Source: an uncultured Pseudomonadales bacterium
GTDB taxonomy: Bacteria > Patescibacteriota > Microgenomatia > UBA1400 > PJMF01
Length of the DNA stretch: 64,000 nt
Direction: 5' to 3'
Assembly (NCBI GenBank): GCA_964443885.1
Contig: CAYUES010000001.1
Span: forward strand, 4,949-68,948
In this document: positions 46,056 to 55,000 of the stretch, piece by piece
Layout of the letters: each line of letters opens with the position of its first letter
How positions within the stretch are numbered: position 1 is the first letter of the stretch
Made by a program: the position numbers and the translations under genes
The notes under the pieces: model-generated
What the model was told of the DNA's origin: nothing
Databases searched by the model: none
What the model saw: only the letters and a program-made list of their open reading frames with translations

Positions 46056-47873
46056 ATGGTACTTGAAGAACCTCGGACAGAAAATCAAAAACGAATGACG
46101 GAACTGCTGCAAAAAATAGATGCAGTAGCCAGTTTGTCACATACAGAGTACGCCAAACTCGTCAAGAAATTTCCTCAAACAGATGGTGATGTCTACTCAA
46201 AAGAAGATATTATTCGTGCCTACCGCGAGTTACAAACCACTGTTGGTTTCAAAAGTACCCCGGCCGAGTTTATTGCTAAAGTCCGCATGAAACCAATGCG
46301 CACGCAATCTGGAGTGGCGCCAATTACTGTTTTGACCAAACCATTCCCCTGCCCTGGCAAGTGTATTTTTTGTCCAAATGACATCAGAATGCCCAAGAGT
46401 TACTTGAGTGATGAACCAGGTGCGCAGCGCGCTGAGCGAAACTACTTTGATCCATACTTGCAAACATATAATCGCCTGCAGGCGCTGCATAATATTGGCC
46501 ATGAAGTTGATAAGGCAGAGATTATAGTTTTGGGTGGCACTTGGTCGTATTATCCTGAAGCGTATCAGATTTGGTTTATTAAGGAATGTTTTAAAGCGCT
46601 TAATGATTTTGGACTGCGTGATGATCGGCTGGTGGTAGAAAGACGGTATGCCGACATGCAAGCGACATTGGAAAAAAACTTTCAGCATGCACCAACCAAC
46701 AGTCCAACCGAGAACGAACACAACTTGGAAAAGCACAAAATTGACGGCACTGTATTAGATAAAAGTTACAACCAAACTGTTTCGCAGTTGTACGTCGCAC
46801 CCGAGCGACTCGGTGGTTTTGATGAGTATCAACAAGCCAGCTGGGATGAACTTATAGCCGAGCAACTAGTAAACGAAACAGCCCAAGTTCGCAACGTGGG
46901 ACTCGTGATTGAAACTCGGCCTGATAATATTTCTGAAGCTGAAGTGTTGCGTGTTCGCCGCCTGGGTTGTACCAAAACGCAGATTGGGATTCAAAGTTTA
47001 CAAGATGAAGTTTTGACCAAAAACAAACGTGGACATGATGTGGCTGCAACTCGTAAAGCTTTTCGATTACTGCGCCGAGCTGGCTTTAAAATTCATGCGC
47101 ACTGGATGGCAAATTTGTATGGTTCTAGTGTTGAGCTAGATAAAAAAGACTTTAGTGAACTTTTCAGTGATCCTGATTTTATGCCAGATGAACTGAAAGT
47201 CTATCCATGTTCATTAATTGGTAGTGCCGAGTTAATGCAGTACTACAAAAAAGGTTTGTGGAAACCGTACTCACACGAGGAACTCTTGGATGTCGTCACT
47301 TTCGCAATCAAAAGTACGCCTGAGTACTGTCGGTTAACACGCATTATTCGTGACATTCCTTCTACTGACATTGTGGTGGGAAATAAAATGACCAACTTCA
47401 GACAAGTCGCTGAAGAAGCCTTGAAAAAAGATGGTGAACACTCCAACGATATTCGTGAACGTGAAATTAGAGATCAAAAATATACGCGTGAGCAGCTGGT
47501 TCTGAAAGAAACTCACTACGCTACTTCAGTTAGTGAAGAGTATTTTTTGCAGTTTGTGATCCCCGAGACGAATCAAATTATTGGGTTCCTACGCTTGAGC
47601 CTGCCTAAAGAGGCGGCTTTCATCCCTGAACTGGCAACTGCAGCTTTAATTCGAGAAGTCCACGTTTATGGTGACTTGGTGAAACTGGGAACTCGCACCT
47701 CAGATACTGCGCAACATCGTGGGCTTGGCTCAGAGTTATTAGTACGAGCACAGGAAATTGCAAAAGAAGCTGAGTTTAAGAAACTTACAGTCATTTCTGC
47801 GATTGGCACGCGCGAGTACTACCGCAAACGCGGCTTTAGTGATGGTGAGTTGTATCAACACCTCGAGCTGTAG
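46056..47873 (+). CDS. Elp3-family radical SAM/GNAT protein (bacterial homolog of Elongator catalytic subunit; tRNA U34 cm5 modification)
   Basis: FPCPGKCIFCPND (Cys cluster), YFDPYLQTYNRLQALHNIGHEVDKAEIIVLGGTWSYYP (Elp3 signature), C-terminal GNAT IREVHVYGDLVKLG...HRGLGSELL...VISAIGTREYYRKRGF. 605 aa. TATAAT 8 nt upstream of ATG. Confidence 0.8.
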   Translation: MVLEEPRTENQKRMTELLQKIDAVASLSHTEYAKLVKKFPQTDGDVYSKEDIIRAYRELQTTVGFKSTPAEFIAKVRMKPMRTQSGVAPITVLTKPFPCPGKCIFCPNDIRMPKSYLSDEPGAQRAERNYFDPYLQTYNRLQALHNIGHEVDKAEIIVLGGTWSYYPEAYQIWFIKECFKALNDFGLRDDRLVVERRYADMQATLEKNFQHAPTNSPTENEHNLEKHKIDGTVLDKSYNQTVSQLYVAPERLGGFDEYQQASWDELIAEQLVNETAQVRNVGLVIETRPDNISEAEVLRVRRLGCTKTQIGIQSLQDEVLTKNKRGHDVAATRKAFRLLRRAGFKIHAHWMANLYGSSVELDKKDFSELFSDPDFMPDELKVYPCSLIGSAELMQYYKKGLWKPYSHEELLDVVTFAIKSTPEYCRLTRIIRDIPSTDIVVGNKMTNFRQVAEEALKKDGEHSNDIREREIRDQKYTREQLVLKETHYATSVSEEYFLQFVIPETNQIIGFLRLSLPKEAAFIPELATAALIREVHVYGDLVKLGTRTSDTAQHRGLGSELLVRAQEIAKEAEFKKLTVISAIGTREYYRKRGFSDGELYQHLEL

Positions 47874-47937
47874 TTAGTGTGTGTGGTTTTTGTGCTCCGC
47901 TGCAATGTGCAGAGCCACTTTAAATTTCCCATAAAAC

Positions 47938-48600
47938 TTGTACTGTAGTAAGGTGACTAAACAACAACTACAATCTTCTGGTTGGTTTACCATTATTACG
48001 CTGCTGGTTTTGGCCTTGAGTATTTTTACTTCCAATAAAGTCACACAAGCTGATCTCTCGACAGTTTCCAAGGCTTTAGAAGAAGCGAGTGAGCTGCTTC
48101 ATCAGACTGAAGTAGCTACTAATTCTAACTCCAACCTTATTGCGCAACCTCAAACAACAGCTACCAGTAGTGGCAAAATAACTCCGCCTACAGCCAGCCA
48201 ATCGGCTCTTGTGACTCGAATAATTGATGGTGATACGTTTGAGTTGGAAAGTGGCGAAACTGTCAGATACATCGGGATTGATACACCTGAAACCAAACAC
48301 CCGCAGAAAGGTGTTGAGTGTTTTGGCAAGGAAGCAGCCGAGAAAAATACAGCACTTCTCTTAGGAAAAGTAGTCAACTTGGAAAAGGACGTCAACGAAA
48401 CGGATCGCTATGGCAGGTTGCTGCGCTATGTCTGGATTGGTGACACTTTACTCAATGAAAGTCTGGTTTTAGATGGATATGCAGTAGCTTCAGCGTATCC
48501 ACCAGATGTTAAGTATCAGAAGTTCTTAGATGAAGCGGAGACTGTAGCACGCGAAAGTAATCAAGGTTTGTGGCGAGGTTGTGATCAAGTGCAGCCGTAG
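47938..48600 (+). CDS. Secreted thermonuclease (SNase/micrococcal nuclease-like)
   Basis: VTRIIDGDTFELESGETVRYIGIDTPETKHP...GRLLRYVWIGDTLLNESLVLDGYA (SNase catalytic core). N-terminal signal/TM. Track start 47938 is TTG; a GTG 15 nt downstream with SD is an alternative. Confidence 0.8.
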   Translation: MYCSKVTKQQLQSSGWFTIITLLVLALSIFTSNKVTQADLSTVSKALEEASELLHQTEVATNSNSNLIAQPQTTATSSGKITPPTASQSALVTRIIDGDTFELESGETVRYIGIDTPETKHPQKGVECFGKEAAEKNTALLLGKVVNLEKDVNETDRYGRLLRYVWIGDTLLNESLVLDGYAVASAYPPDVKYQKFLDEAETVARESNQGLWRGCDQVQP

Positions 48601-48620
48601 CTGAAAGTTTGTGCAAGTTA

Positions 48621-48974
48621 TTACTCAAGCTCGAGGTCTTTGCTTGGATCATCCATCCCAAAGCGTTCTTTAGTAAGCGCAATTTTTCGCTTCATTACTT
48701 CGGTAATATCAATATCGAGTTCAATCGAAAGCAAAATTAACGAACCTAAAACATCTGCAAACTCGTCAGCAATATTTTGTTGAGAGAACTTAGCAATTTT
48801 AGAGTCGCGCTGTAGATTCATACTAGTGAGGATTTCGTCGGAAAGCTCACCCAGTTCTTCCACAATCTTCATCGTTCGTGCAAAAGTACGATGCTCTTTA
48901 TTTTGCAGTGGCCACTTGGTGTTTAAAGTTGTAGAAATTTTTTTGTACTCAGCGAGTAGTTCTTCAATTGTCAT
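48621..48974 (-). CDS. MazG-like nucleoside triphosphate pyrophosphohydrolase domain protein
   Basis: EELGELSDEILT (EExxE) and DEFADVLGSLILLS motifs of the all-alpha NTP-PPase fold. 117 aa. Confidence 0.65.
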   Translation of the reverse strand: MTIEELLAEYKKISTTLNTKWPLQNKEHRTFARTMKIVEELGELSDEILTSMNLQRDSKIAKFSQQNIADEFADVLGSLILLSIELDIDITEVMKRKIALTKERFGMDDPSKDLELE

Positions 48975-48992
48975 GAAACCTTTACATCTGAT

Positions 48993-50495
48993 TTATACTA
49001 TTATTTTATCACTACCTGGCAGAAAATGGGTAAGCCATTGTTGCTGCCAGCCTAACCCAAAGCCAGGCAACTCCCGTAACGCTTCGGGAGTTTGCGGCTG
49101 AAGTGCCGCAAGCATCAGTAACTGCGCATCTGTCAGCACTTCGGCAACTGATGAAAGCTGGAGTTTTTTCTTGAGATTTTTGCGTTGACTGTCCAAGTTT
49201 TTGATTCTGGTATGTTGCTCAACTGTGCAAAATAATCTCGAAAATAAGGTATTTTTTGCAGCGCTTTCAGGTATTAAAGTAAGCTCACAACTATCACAGT
49301 TCTGACAAAGATCTTGGCTTTCTTCATTAAAGTACTGCAAAATTGTGATCATCCGGCAGTTTGTACTCAACGCATAGTTCTGCATTTTCTTAAGTTTCGC
49401 TCTTTTATTTTTCTTGTCTTCTGCTGATGTTATTTGTTCCGCCAGACCCAGATGAATCCGCTCATTTTTACTATTGAACAGTAGGTAGCAGTAGGCCGCC
49501 TCTCCGCCACGGCCACCGCGCCCGATTTCTTGATAGTATGCTTCAAGACTACTTGGATAGTGATAATGAATGACAAAAGAAATATTGCTTTTATCGACGC
49601 CCATGCCAAATGCCGAAGTAGCGACAACTACGTCCAGATGATTCGACATAAATAACTTTTGAATGTACTGGCGTTGTTGCGGTTTGAGATCACCATGATA
49701 ACAACCTACTTTGATTTTTCCGTGCAGATTTTCTTGGAGTAGTTCGCTAAGATACTCGGCTGCTTTGCGTGTACTGACATAAATTATTCCTGCTTCGTTA
49801 GAATGCTTTTCTAGTAAAAAGTACAACATTATTTCTTGAATTTGCCTGCTTTCTGTCTTGAAAATTCGAATATGCAAGTTTGATCTAAAGAATGACTGTC
49901 TGAAAAATACCGGTTTCACTAACTGTAGTGATTTTTGAATATCCACCAGAGTTTTGGTGGTAGCGGTTGCGGTAAAAGCAGCAATGGTTGGTCGTTTCCC
50001 TACGCTCGCAATACTACTTATAAATCTATGAATTGATAGATACGGCGGCCTAAAATCATGCCCCCACTCACTTATACAGTGTGCTTCATCGATCACGATG
50101 AGTGAAATCGTAAGTTTGCGACAAAGTTTGGTGAAGCGTTTTTGTTGCAAGCGTTCTGGTGAGATATACAGTAATTTATACTTGTTGAGCTTTAAAAGTT
50201 GGATTCGCGCATTCACTTCATCTTGCGAAAGTGTGCTAGAAATATACGTGGCATAGATGCCTTTGCGCAACAGTGTGTCTACTTGATCTTGCATTAACGC
50301 AATCAGTGGCGTGACCACTAGAGTTAGACCCGGGAGTAGTAAGGCTGGAAGTTGAAAACAAATCGATTTACCTGCCCCAGTTGGCAGCAAAGCCACTGTG
50401 TCTTTGCCCTCTAAAATCTTGGAAATTATTTCTTTTTGCTGTCCGCGAAACGCAGAATAGCTGAAGTACTTGTACAAGGCCGATTCGAGTTCCAT
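48993..50495 (-). CDS. recQ: ATP-dependent DNA helicase RecQ
   Basis: LLPTGAGKSICFQLPAL (motif I), VVTPLIALMQDQV, DEAHCISEWGHDFRPPY (DEAH plus RecQ aromatic loop), C-terminal Zn-binding Cys cluster. Confidence 0.9.
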   Translation of the reverse strand: MELESALYKYFSYSAFRGQQKEIISKILEGKDTVALLPTGAGKSICFQLPALLLPGLTLVVTPLIALMQDQVDTLLRKGIYATYISSTLSQDEVNARIQLLKLNKYKLLYISPERLQQKRFTKLCRKLTISLIVIDEAHCISEWGHDFRPPYLSIHRFISSIASVGKRPTIAAFTATATTKTLVDIQKSLQLVKPVFFRQSFFRSNLHIRIFKTESRQIQEIMLYFLLEKHSNEAGIIYVSTRKAAEYLSELLQENLHGKIKVGCYHGDLKPQQRQYIQKLFMSNHLDVVVATSAFGMGVDKSNISFVIHYHYPSSLEAYYQEIGRGGRGGEAAYCYLLFNSKNERIHLGLAEQITSAEDKKNKRAKLKKMQNYALSTNCRMITILQYFNEESQDLCQNCDSCELTLIPESAAKNTLFSRLFCTVEQHTRIKNLDSQRKNLKKKLQLSSVAEVLTDAQLLMLAALQPQTPEALRELPGFGLGWQQQWLTHFLPGSDKIIV

Positions 50496-50545
50496 CGAGA
50501 CATACTACAACCAGTAACTTACATAAAGCGTAGCGTCAAAGTGTA

Positions 50546-51811
50546 CTACTCTTCTTTTTCAGCTTCAGAATTTTCTGATTCTGTCAGCTTTGATGGATCT
50601 GACTTGTGAGTCGCAGTAGCCGTTTTGGGAGTAAAGTATTTTTTCTTTTTCAATTTATCAGGTAGTAATGAAGTATTTTCAGGATACATCTCGTAGCCTT
50701 TACCGTACCCCAGATCTTTCATCAAAGAAGTTGGCGCATTGCGTAGCTCCATCGGAATTGGTAAATTACCAAGCCCTTCAACATCGCGCAGTGCTGCAAA
50801 GTATGCATCATAGGCACTGCGATCTTTTTTACAGCGACATAAATACGCAACGCCGTGTGCCAAGTTAATCTGTGCTTCAGGATATCCCACATGATGAACA
50901 GCTTCAAAAATTGTATTAGCTACGACCAGTGCAGTGGGAGCCGCCAAGCCAATATCTTCACTCGCAAAAATCACCATTCTGCGCGCAATAAATAATGGAT
51001 CTTCTCCGGCATGAACCATCCGTGCCAAGTAGTATAAAGCTCCATCCACATTACTAGCACGCATTGACTTGATGAAAGCACTAATCGTGTCGTAGTGCTC
51101 TTCACCTTTTTTGTCGTACTTAATGAAGTTGGATTGGATCGTTGTTTTTAATGTTTCAATGGTAATTGTTTCGTATAAAGTCAAAGTTTGCTCAACCGCA
51201 TTCAACAGTTTGCGGCCATCTCCAGAGGAATAATTGAGTAACCATTCTTTTGCATCATCGGTGACTGTCGGTGTAACACCCGTTTGTTTTTCCCAGAAAA
51301 GCAACGCTTTTGTAAGTAAAAGTTCTAAATCTTCAGTTTGAAGTTGTTTGAGCGTAAAGACTTTAGTTCGCGAAAGTAATGCTGAGATAACTTCAAAACT
51401 TGGGTTTTCAGTGGTCGCGCCAATCAGAAGAATCGCGCCCGTTTCAACATAGGGAAGCAAAAAATCTTGCTGGGCTTTATTGAATCGATGAATTTCATCC
51501 AAGAAAAGTACGGGTGCAAGATCCATGCTTCCAAGTAAAGAATTTTTGCGTGCAGCTGCTTCATTGACGATCTCGCGGATGTCAGCTTTGCCTGCAGAGA
51601 CTGCCGAGAGTTCATAGAACTCACGATTTTGAGTTTTGGCAATAATTCGTGCTAATGAAGTTTTACCGACGCCCGGTGGTCCCCAAAAAATAATCGAAAA
51701 CAACTGATCTTTTTCTAAAGCAACCCGAATTGGTTTACCAGGGCCAATCAAGTGCTGTTGACCGATATAGTCATCAAGAGAGTGTGGGCGTAGATCTGTG
51801 GCAAGCGACAT
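50546..51811 (-). CDS. rarA: Replication-associated recombination protein A (RarA/MgsA AAA+ ATPase)
   Basis: LRPHSLDDYIGQQHL...FWGPPGVGKTSLARIIA...LFLDEIHRFNKAQQD, C-terminal MgsA helical domain. Confidence 0.9.
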   Translation of the reverse strand: MSLATDLRPHSLDDYIGQQHLIGPGKPIRVALEKDQLFSIIFWGPPGVGKTSLARIIAKTQNREFYELSAVSAGKADIREIVNEAAARKNSLLGSMDLAPVLFLDEIHRFNKAQQDFLLPYVETGAILLIGATTENPSFEVISALLSRTKVFTLKQLQTEDLELLLTKALLFWEKQTGVTPTVTDDAKEWLLNYSSGDGRKLLNAVEQTLTLYETITIETLKTTIQSNFIKYDKKGEEHYDTISAFIKSMRASNVDGALYYLARMVHAGEDPLFIARRMVIFASEDIGLAAPTALVVANTIFEAVHHVGYPEAQINLAHGVAYLCRCKKDRSAYDAYFAALRDVEGLGNLPIPMELRNAPTSLMKDLGYGKGYEMYPENTSLLPDKLKKKKYFTPKTATATHKSDPSKLTESENSEAEKEE

Positions 51812-51922
51812 AGCTACACTCTAACAGGTTTTTTTGTTTTGGAAAAGATTCGGGTTTACTGGTGCTGTGGTCTGCAACTCTGAAAGTCGGAAAATCAAAT
51901 GACTTATGTAGTAATTTACTGG

Positions 51923-52867
51923 TTATATATTCTTAAGTACTGAATAAAAATCATTCTTTATGGTTTCGGTGACTAGTACTTCGACGATTCCCACGTCTGG
52001 CTGGCCGTAGTAAATCAAACTACCGAGCGGCAACAATAAAACTGCTGCTACTGCCGCTAGATCTTCTTCACCCATAACCAGAAGGTGCTGCCATTTTTTT
52101 TCTGAAATTTCTTCAATTTTTGCTACCAACTCCACGGTAATTTCACCTGCAGGATTAGTCGCCCTGACTTGAATCAGATCCAGCAGTTTACTGGAAGGCT
52201 GATACTCTACTCGCTTCTTTTTAAAATCAATGATCGCCGCAGTGTACTGCCAATTATTTGCAAAAAATGTCTCAAAAGTTGAGTCACCGACCAAACAGAT
52301 AATTGCAGATGATTGATTTTCTCTTGGCTCTGTCACAATCGTGCCGTGTGGTTTAGAAAAATAACTGCGCTGTCGCTCAGTCAATTTCAAATTCTTTGCA
52401 AAGATATTTTTATAGACGTTTCCCTCGCGATCGATTTGCCCTTTTCTGATTCTTTTACTCGAGATTATTTCGCCGACTTCATCAAATAAAAGTGGCGCTT
52501 TCTCAACATGAAGTGCAGTCAAACTAAGTGAGATTCTTTTATTATTAATAGCTTCTGCACCTGTCACTGTCTCAGGAGTTACACAAAGTGCTTCGATACG
52601 AGCATCAGAAGTAGTCGGTCCATAGACGTCTGTTAAGGCTGTAATCTCACAAGAAATATTCTGATCCTTACAAAAATCAGCGACTGCTTTTTCACGCACA
52701 TCATAAGGCTCCAGCTGATCATACAAATCTTTATGAAGGGTAATCTCTGGCTTAGTCAGACCGATAACCAGCTGCTCCGCCAGACTGGCAGCGTACTTCA
52801 GAAAAGCCCGATGTCCTGCATGAAAATGATCAAATGTGCCCCCAAGTGCTAGTACTGTATACTTCAT
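51923..52867 (-). CDS. Fusion of archaeal-type phosphopantetheine adenylyltransferase (HxGH cytidylyltransferase) with DUF359 (GTP-dependent dephospho-CoA kinase-like) domain
   Basis: N-terminus LALGGTFDHFHAGH (nucleotidyltransferase HxGH). C-terminal half ICLVGDSTFE...RATNPAGEITVEL...LVMGEEDLAAVAAVLLLPLGSLIYYGQPDVGIV, which I recall as DUF359/PF04019 motifs (GEEDL, YGQP). Confidence 0.6.
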   Translation of the reverse strand: MKYTVLALGGTFDHFHAGHRAFLKYAASLAEQLVIGLTKPEITLHKDLYDQLEPYDVREKAVADFCKDQNISCEITALTDVYGPTTSDARIEALCVTPETVTGAEAINNKRISLSLTALHVEKAPLLFDEVGEIISSKRIRKGQIDREGNVYKNIFAKNLKLTERQRSYFSKPHGTIVTEPRENQSSAIICLVGDSTFETFFANNWQYTAAIIDFKKKRVEYQPSSKLLDLIQVRATNPAGEITVELVAKIEEISEKKWQHLLVMGEEDLAAVAAVLLLPLGSLIYYGQPDVGIVEVLVTETIKNDFYSVLKNI

Positions 52868-52891
52868 AAAATTTTAAGATTACTTATTTAT

Positions 52892-53701
52892 TCACTCAGC
52901 TAACGAAATATATCCAGAATCTTGAACGACCAATTTTTCATCTAGTAACTGATCGAGTGCACTCTTAAAATGCTCCGGGTTTGACCGCAATTTTTCTATT
53001 AATTCGCTAGTATGCTGCCTGTTTTCTTGAGTCAGCAACCGAATAATCTCACCTCGTACTTGGCGCAGTGACCCAGTAAACTTACTTTGCTTAGTATACT
53101 GTTTACTTCGCCGATTTTGGTTGGGCAAAATTTTCTTCAGGTAACTACCATAGTCCATCAACGCCCAGTACCACTCTCGAGGATTTTCTTCATCCACGGT
53201 TTCTTGTATGTGTGCCAGCAGTTCTGTATCCGTAATACTCTCTTGGAGTGGAAAAAAGTGATAGAGATAGATTGTTCGGACGTTTGTCTCGATTAAAACC
53301 ACTGGCTGATCATACGCAAACGCACAGATCGCACTGGCTGTGTATGGGCCAATTCCAGGAAGTTCCAAAAGCTCTTGCTCTGTTTGTGGAAAGTGGCCAG
53401 CGTACGTTTCTTCAACCGCTTTAGCACACTGAAGTGCGTACTTTGCGCGACGGTTGTAGCCCAAGCCTTGCCACATAATTAAAACCTCGCTCAAAGGAGC
53501 TGCTGCTAAAACTTTTGTACTTGGAAACTTTTCAATAAATGCAAGATACTTAGGAATCACCCGCTCGACTTGAGTTTGTTGGAGCATCAACTCAGAAACC
53601 AAAATATGGTATGGATCACGAGTCAAACGCCAAGGCAACGTATGTCGCCCATGGTGAAAGTACCAAGATCTGATGAATTTTTGAAATTTTTGAGTATCCA
53701 T
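52892..53701 (-). CDS. HhH-GPD DNA glycosylase, MutY/Nth-like, apparently lacking the 4Fe-4S cluster loop
   Basis: LPWRLTRDPYHILVSELMLQQTQV, RAKYAL, ELPGIGPYTASAI (HhH-GPD), WALMDYGS (catalytic Asp). No Cx6Cx2Cx5C cluster in the C-terminal region. Confidence 0.7.
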   Translation of the reverse strand: MDTQKFQKFIRSWYFHHGRHTLPWRLTRDPYHILVSELMLQQTQVERVIPKYLAFIEKFPSTKVLAAAPLSEVLIMWQGLGYNRRAKYALQCAKAVEETYAGHFPQTEQELLELPGIGPYTASAICAFAYDQPVVLIETNVRTIYLYHFFPLQESITDTELLAHIQETVDEENPREWYWALMDYGSYLKKILPNQNRRSKQYTKQSKFTGSLRQVRGEIIRLLTQENRQHTSELIEKLRSNPEHFKSALDQLLDEKLVVQDSGYISLAE

Positions 53702-53841
53702 TATCTAACTCTTAATCGGCACGGCAATTCCTAGTTTCTGAGTTAACCACGGAGTGATCGGTGGTTCAACCATCAAAGTCATAAAGATTACCCAAAAACC
53801 ACCACGGGCTGCACTACAAACATAATAAGTAAGAAGTTGCA

Positions 53842-54576
53842 TCACTCATTTTTTGGCAAAACAAACCCCAAGGTCAAGTAGACAGTTTTTCCTCTCATTC
53901 TTTCAAATTGAGGGTTTTCTCCTAAAAACTCTTCAGTAGGAGTGATTTCTTGGTAATTTTGTAGTTGTAATCCTGCCTCTATAAATGGCTGTAAGTAACT
54001 ACGAGTTGGTCTAAAATAAAATGGAAACATTTTTCCTGCCATTTCTATTTCACCTTTTACGTCTTCTCCATAGGTAGTGAGCCCAGAGTATCGTGAATTT
54101 GCACGCAACATTTTTTGTAAATATGGATACATGGGATGCACAACTGTAAAAACAAACTTGCCACCGGGTTTGAGAACACGAGCAACTTCTTTTCCTAAAC
54201 CAGACAAATTTTCAACATACATTAAAACAAAGCGAGAAATCGCAATATCAAAAGACTGATCTGCAAAAGGAAGTGGTTCATTCAAATCAACAAGTTGAGT
54301 TGGTAAATCAGGATGTTTTTCTCTAGCTTTTTCTAGTTGGACCTCAGAGCCGTCTACTGCGGTTACAATAGCACCAGCGCTTATAAGTTGTACTGCTACA
54401 AACCCATCTCCACAACCTAAATCTACAACTGTTCTTCCCGCTACTTCATCAATCAACCTCTTAAAAACAGGTAGTTCTGCAGCTTCTTCAAAGGTCAGAT
54501 CAAATTTTTTTGTTTCTTTTGCTTCGTGAAAATTTTGTGCTCCACCATTCCACTTTTCTGCATCTTTTATTGTCAT
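53842..54576 (-). CDS. Class I SAM-dependent methyltransferase
   Basis: VVDLGCGDGFVAVQL (motif I), AISRFVLMYV, Methyltransf_11-like. Confidence 0.7.
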   Translation of the reverse strand: MTIKDAEKWNGGAQNFHEAKETKKFDLTFEEAAELPVFKRLIDEVAGRTVVDLGCGDGFVAVQLISAGAIVTAVDGSEVQLEKAREKHPDLPTQLVDLNEPLPFADQSFDIAISRFVLMYVENLSGLGKEVARVLKPGGKFVFTVVHPMYPYLQKMLRANSRYSGLTTYGEDVKGEIEMAGKMFPFYFRPTRSYLQPFIEAGLQLQNYQEITPTEEFLGENPQFERMRGKTVYLTLGFVLPKNE

Positions 54577-54644
54577 TGAAAGTATTATACAGGATGTAAA
54601 TCACTGTATCTGCTGATGAAAATGGAAAATTGATGATACAAGTG

Positions 54645-54719
54645 TCGGGGAGACAGGACTCGAACCTGCGACCTCACGCTCCCAAAGCGCGCATTCTAGC
54701 CAACTGAACTACTCCCCGA
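54645..54719 (-). tRNA. tRNA-Pro (anticodon TGG)
   Basis: Reverse complement: acceptor CGGGGAG/CTCCCCG, anticodon stem CGCGC/GCGTG with loop TTTGGGA, T-arm GCAGGTTCGAGTCCTGT. Confidence 0.8.
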
Positions 54720-54793
54720 TTGTTACGATATTCTATCCCAAGTATGTGTCTTGAGCCAGTGATGATTATCACTTTTGGAATTATTGAACAACG

Positions 54794-54878
54794 TGCCTCG
54801 AGAGGGAATCGAACCCACACGACTTTTGAGGTCATCAGATTTTAAGTCTGACGCGTCTACCAATTCCGCCATCGAGGC
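54794..54878 (-). tRNA. tRNA-Leu (anticodon TAA), type II
   Basis: Reverse complement: acceptor GCCTCGA/TCGAGGC, anticodon stem TCAGA/TCTGA with loop CTTAAAA, long variable arm, T-loop TTCGATT. Confidence 0.8.
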
Positions 54879-55000
54879 TTGTGCAACTGTTACATTACAA
54901 CGTATGCAATTATAACACTCTCTTCGCGAAAAATAGTATATAATCTAAGGCTTGGGAAAATGCCCAGACACGTAGAGTCGGCTTTCTACAGAAATTAGTT

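Noticed and set aside
46230-46736. Track ORF 46230..46736 (-) 168 aa and other antisense ORFs (46600..46800, 46852..47049, 47243..47516)
   Set aside because: Lie antisense inside the well-supported Elp3 gene. No recognisable motifs.
53702-53782. 25-codon ORF immediately upstream of the MutY-like gene (MTLMVEPPITPWLTQKLGIAVPIKS)
   Set aside because: Very short, no SD, no support beyond being open. Probably 5' UTR.
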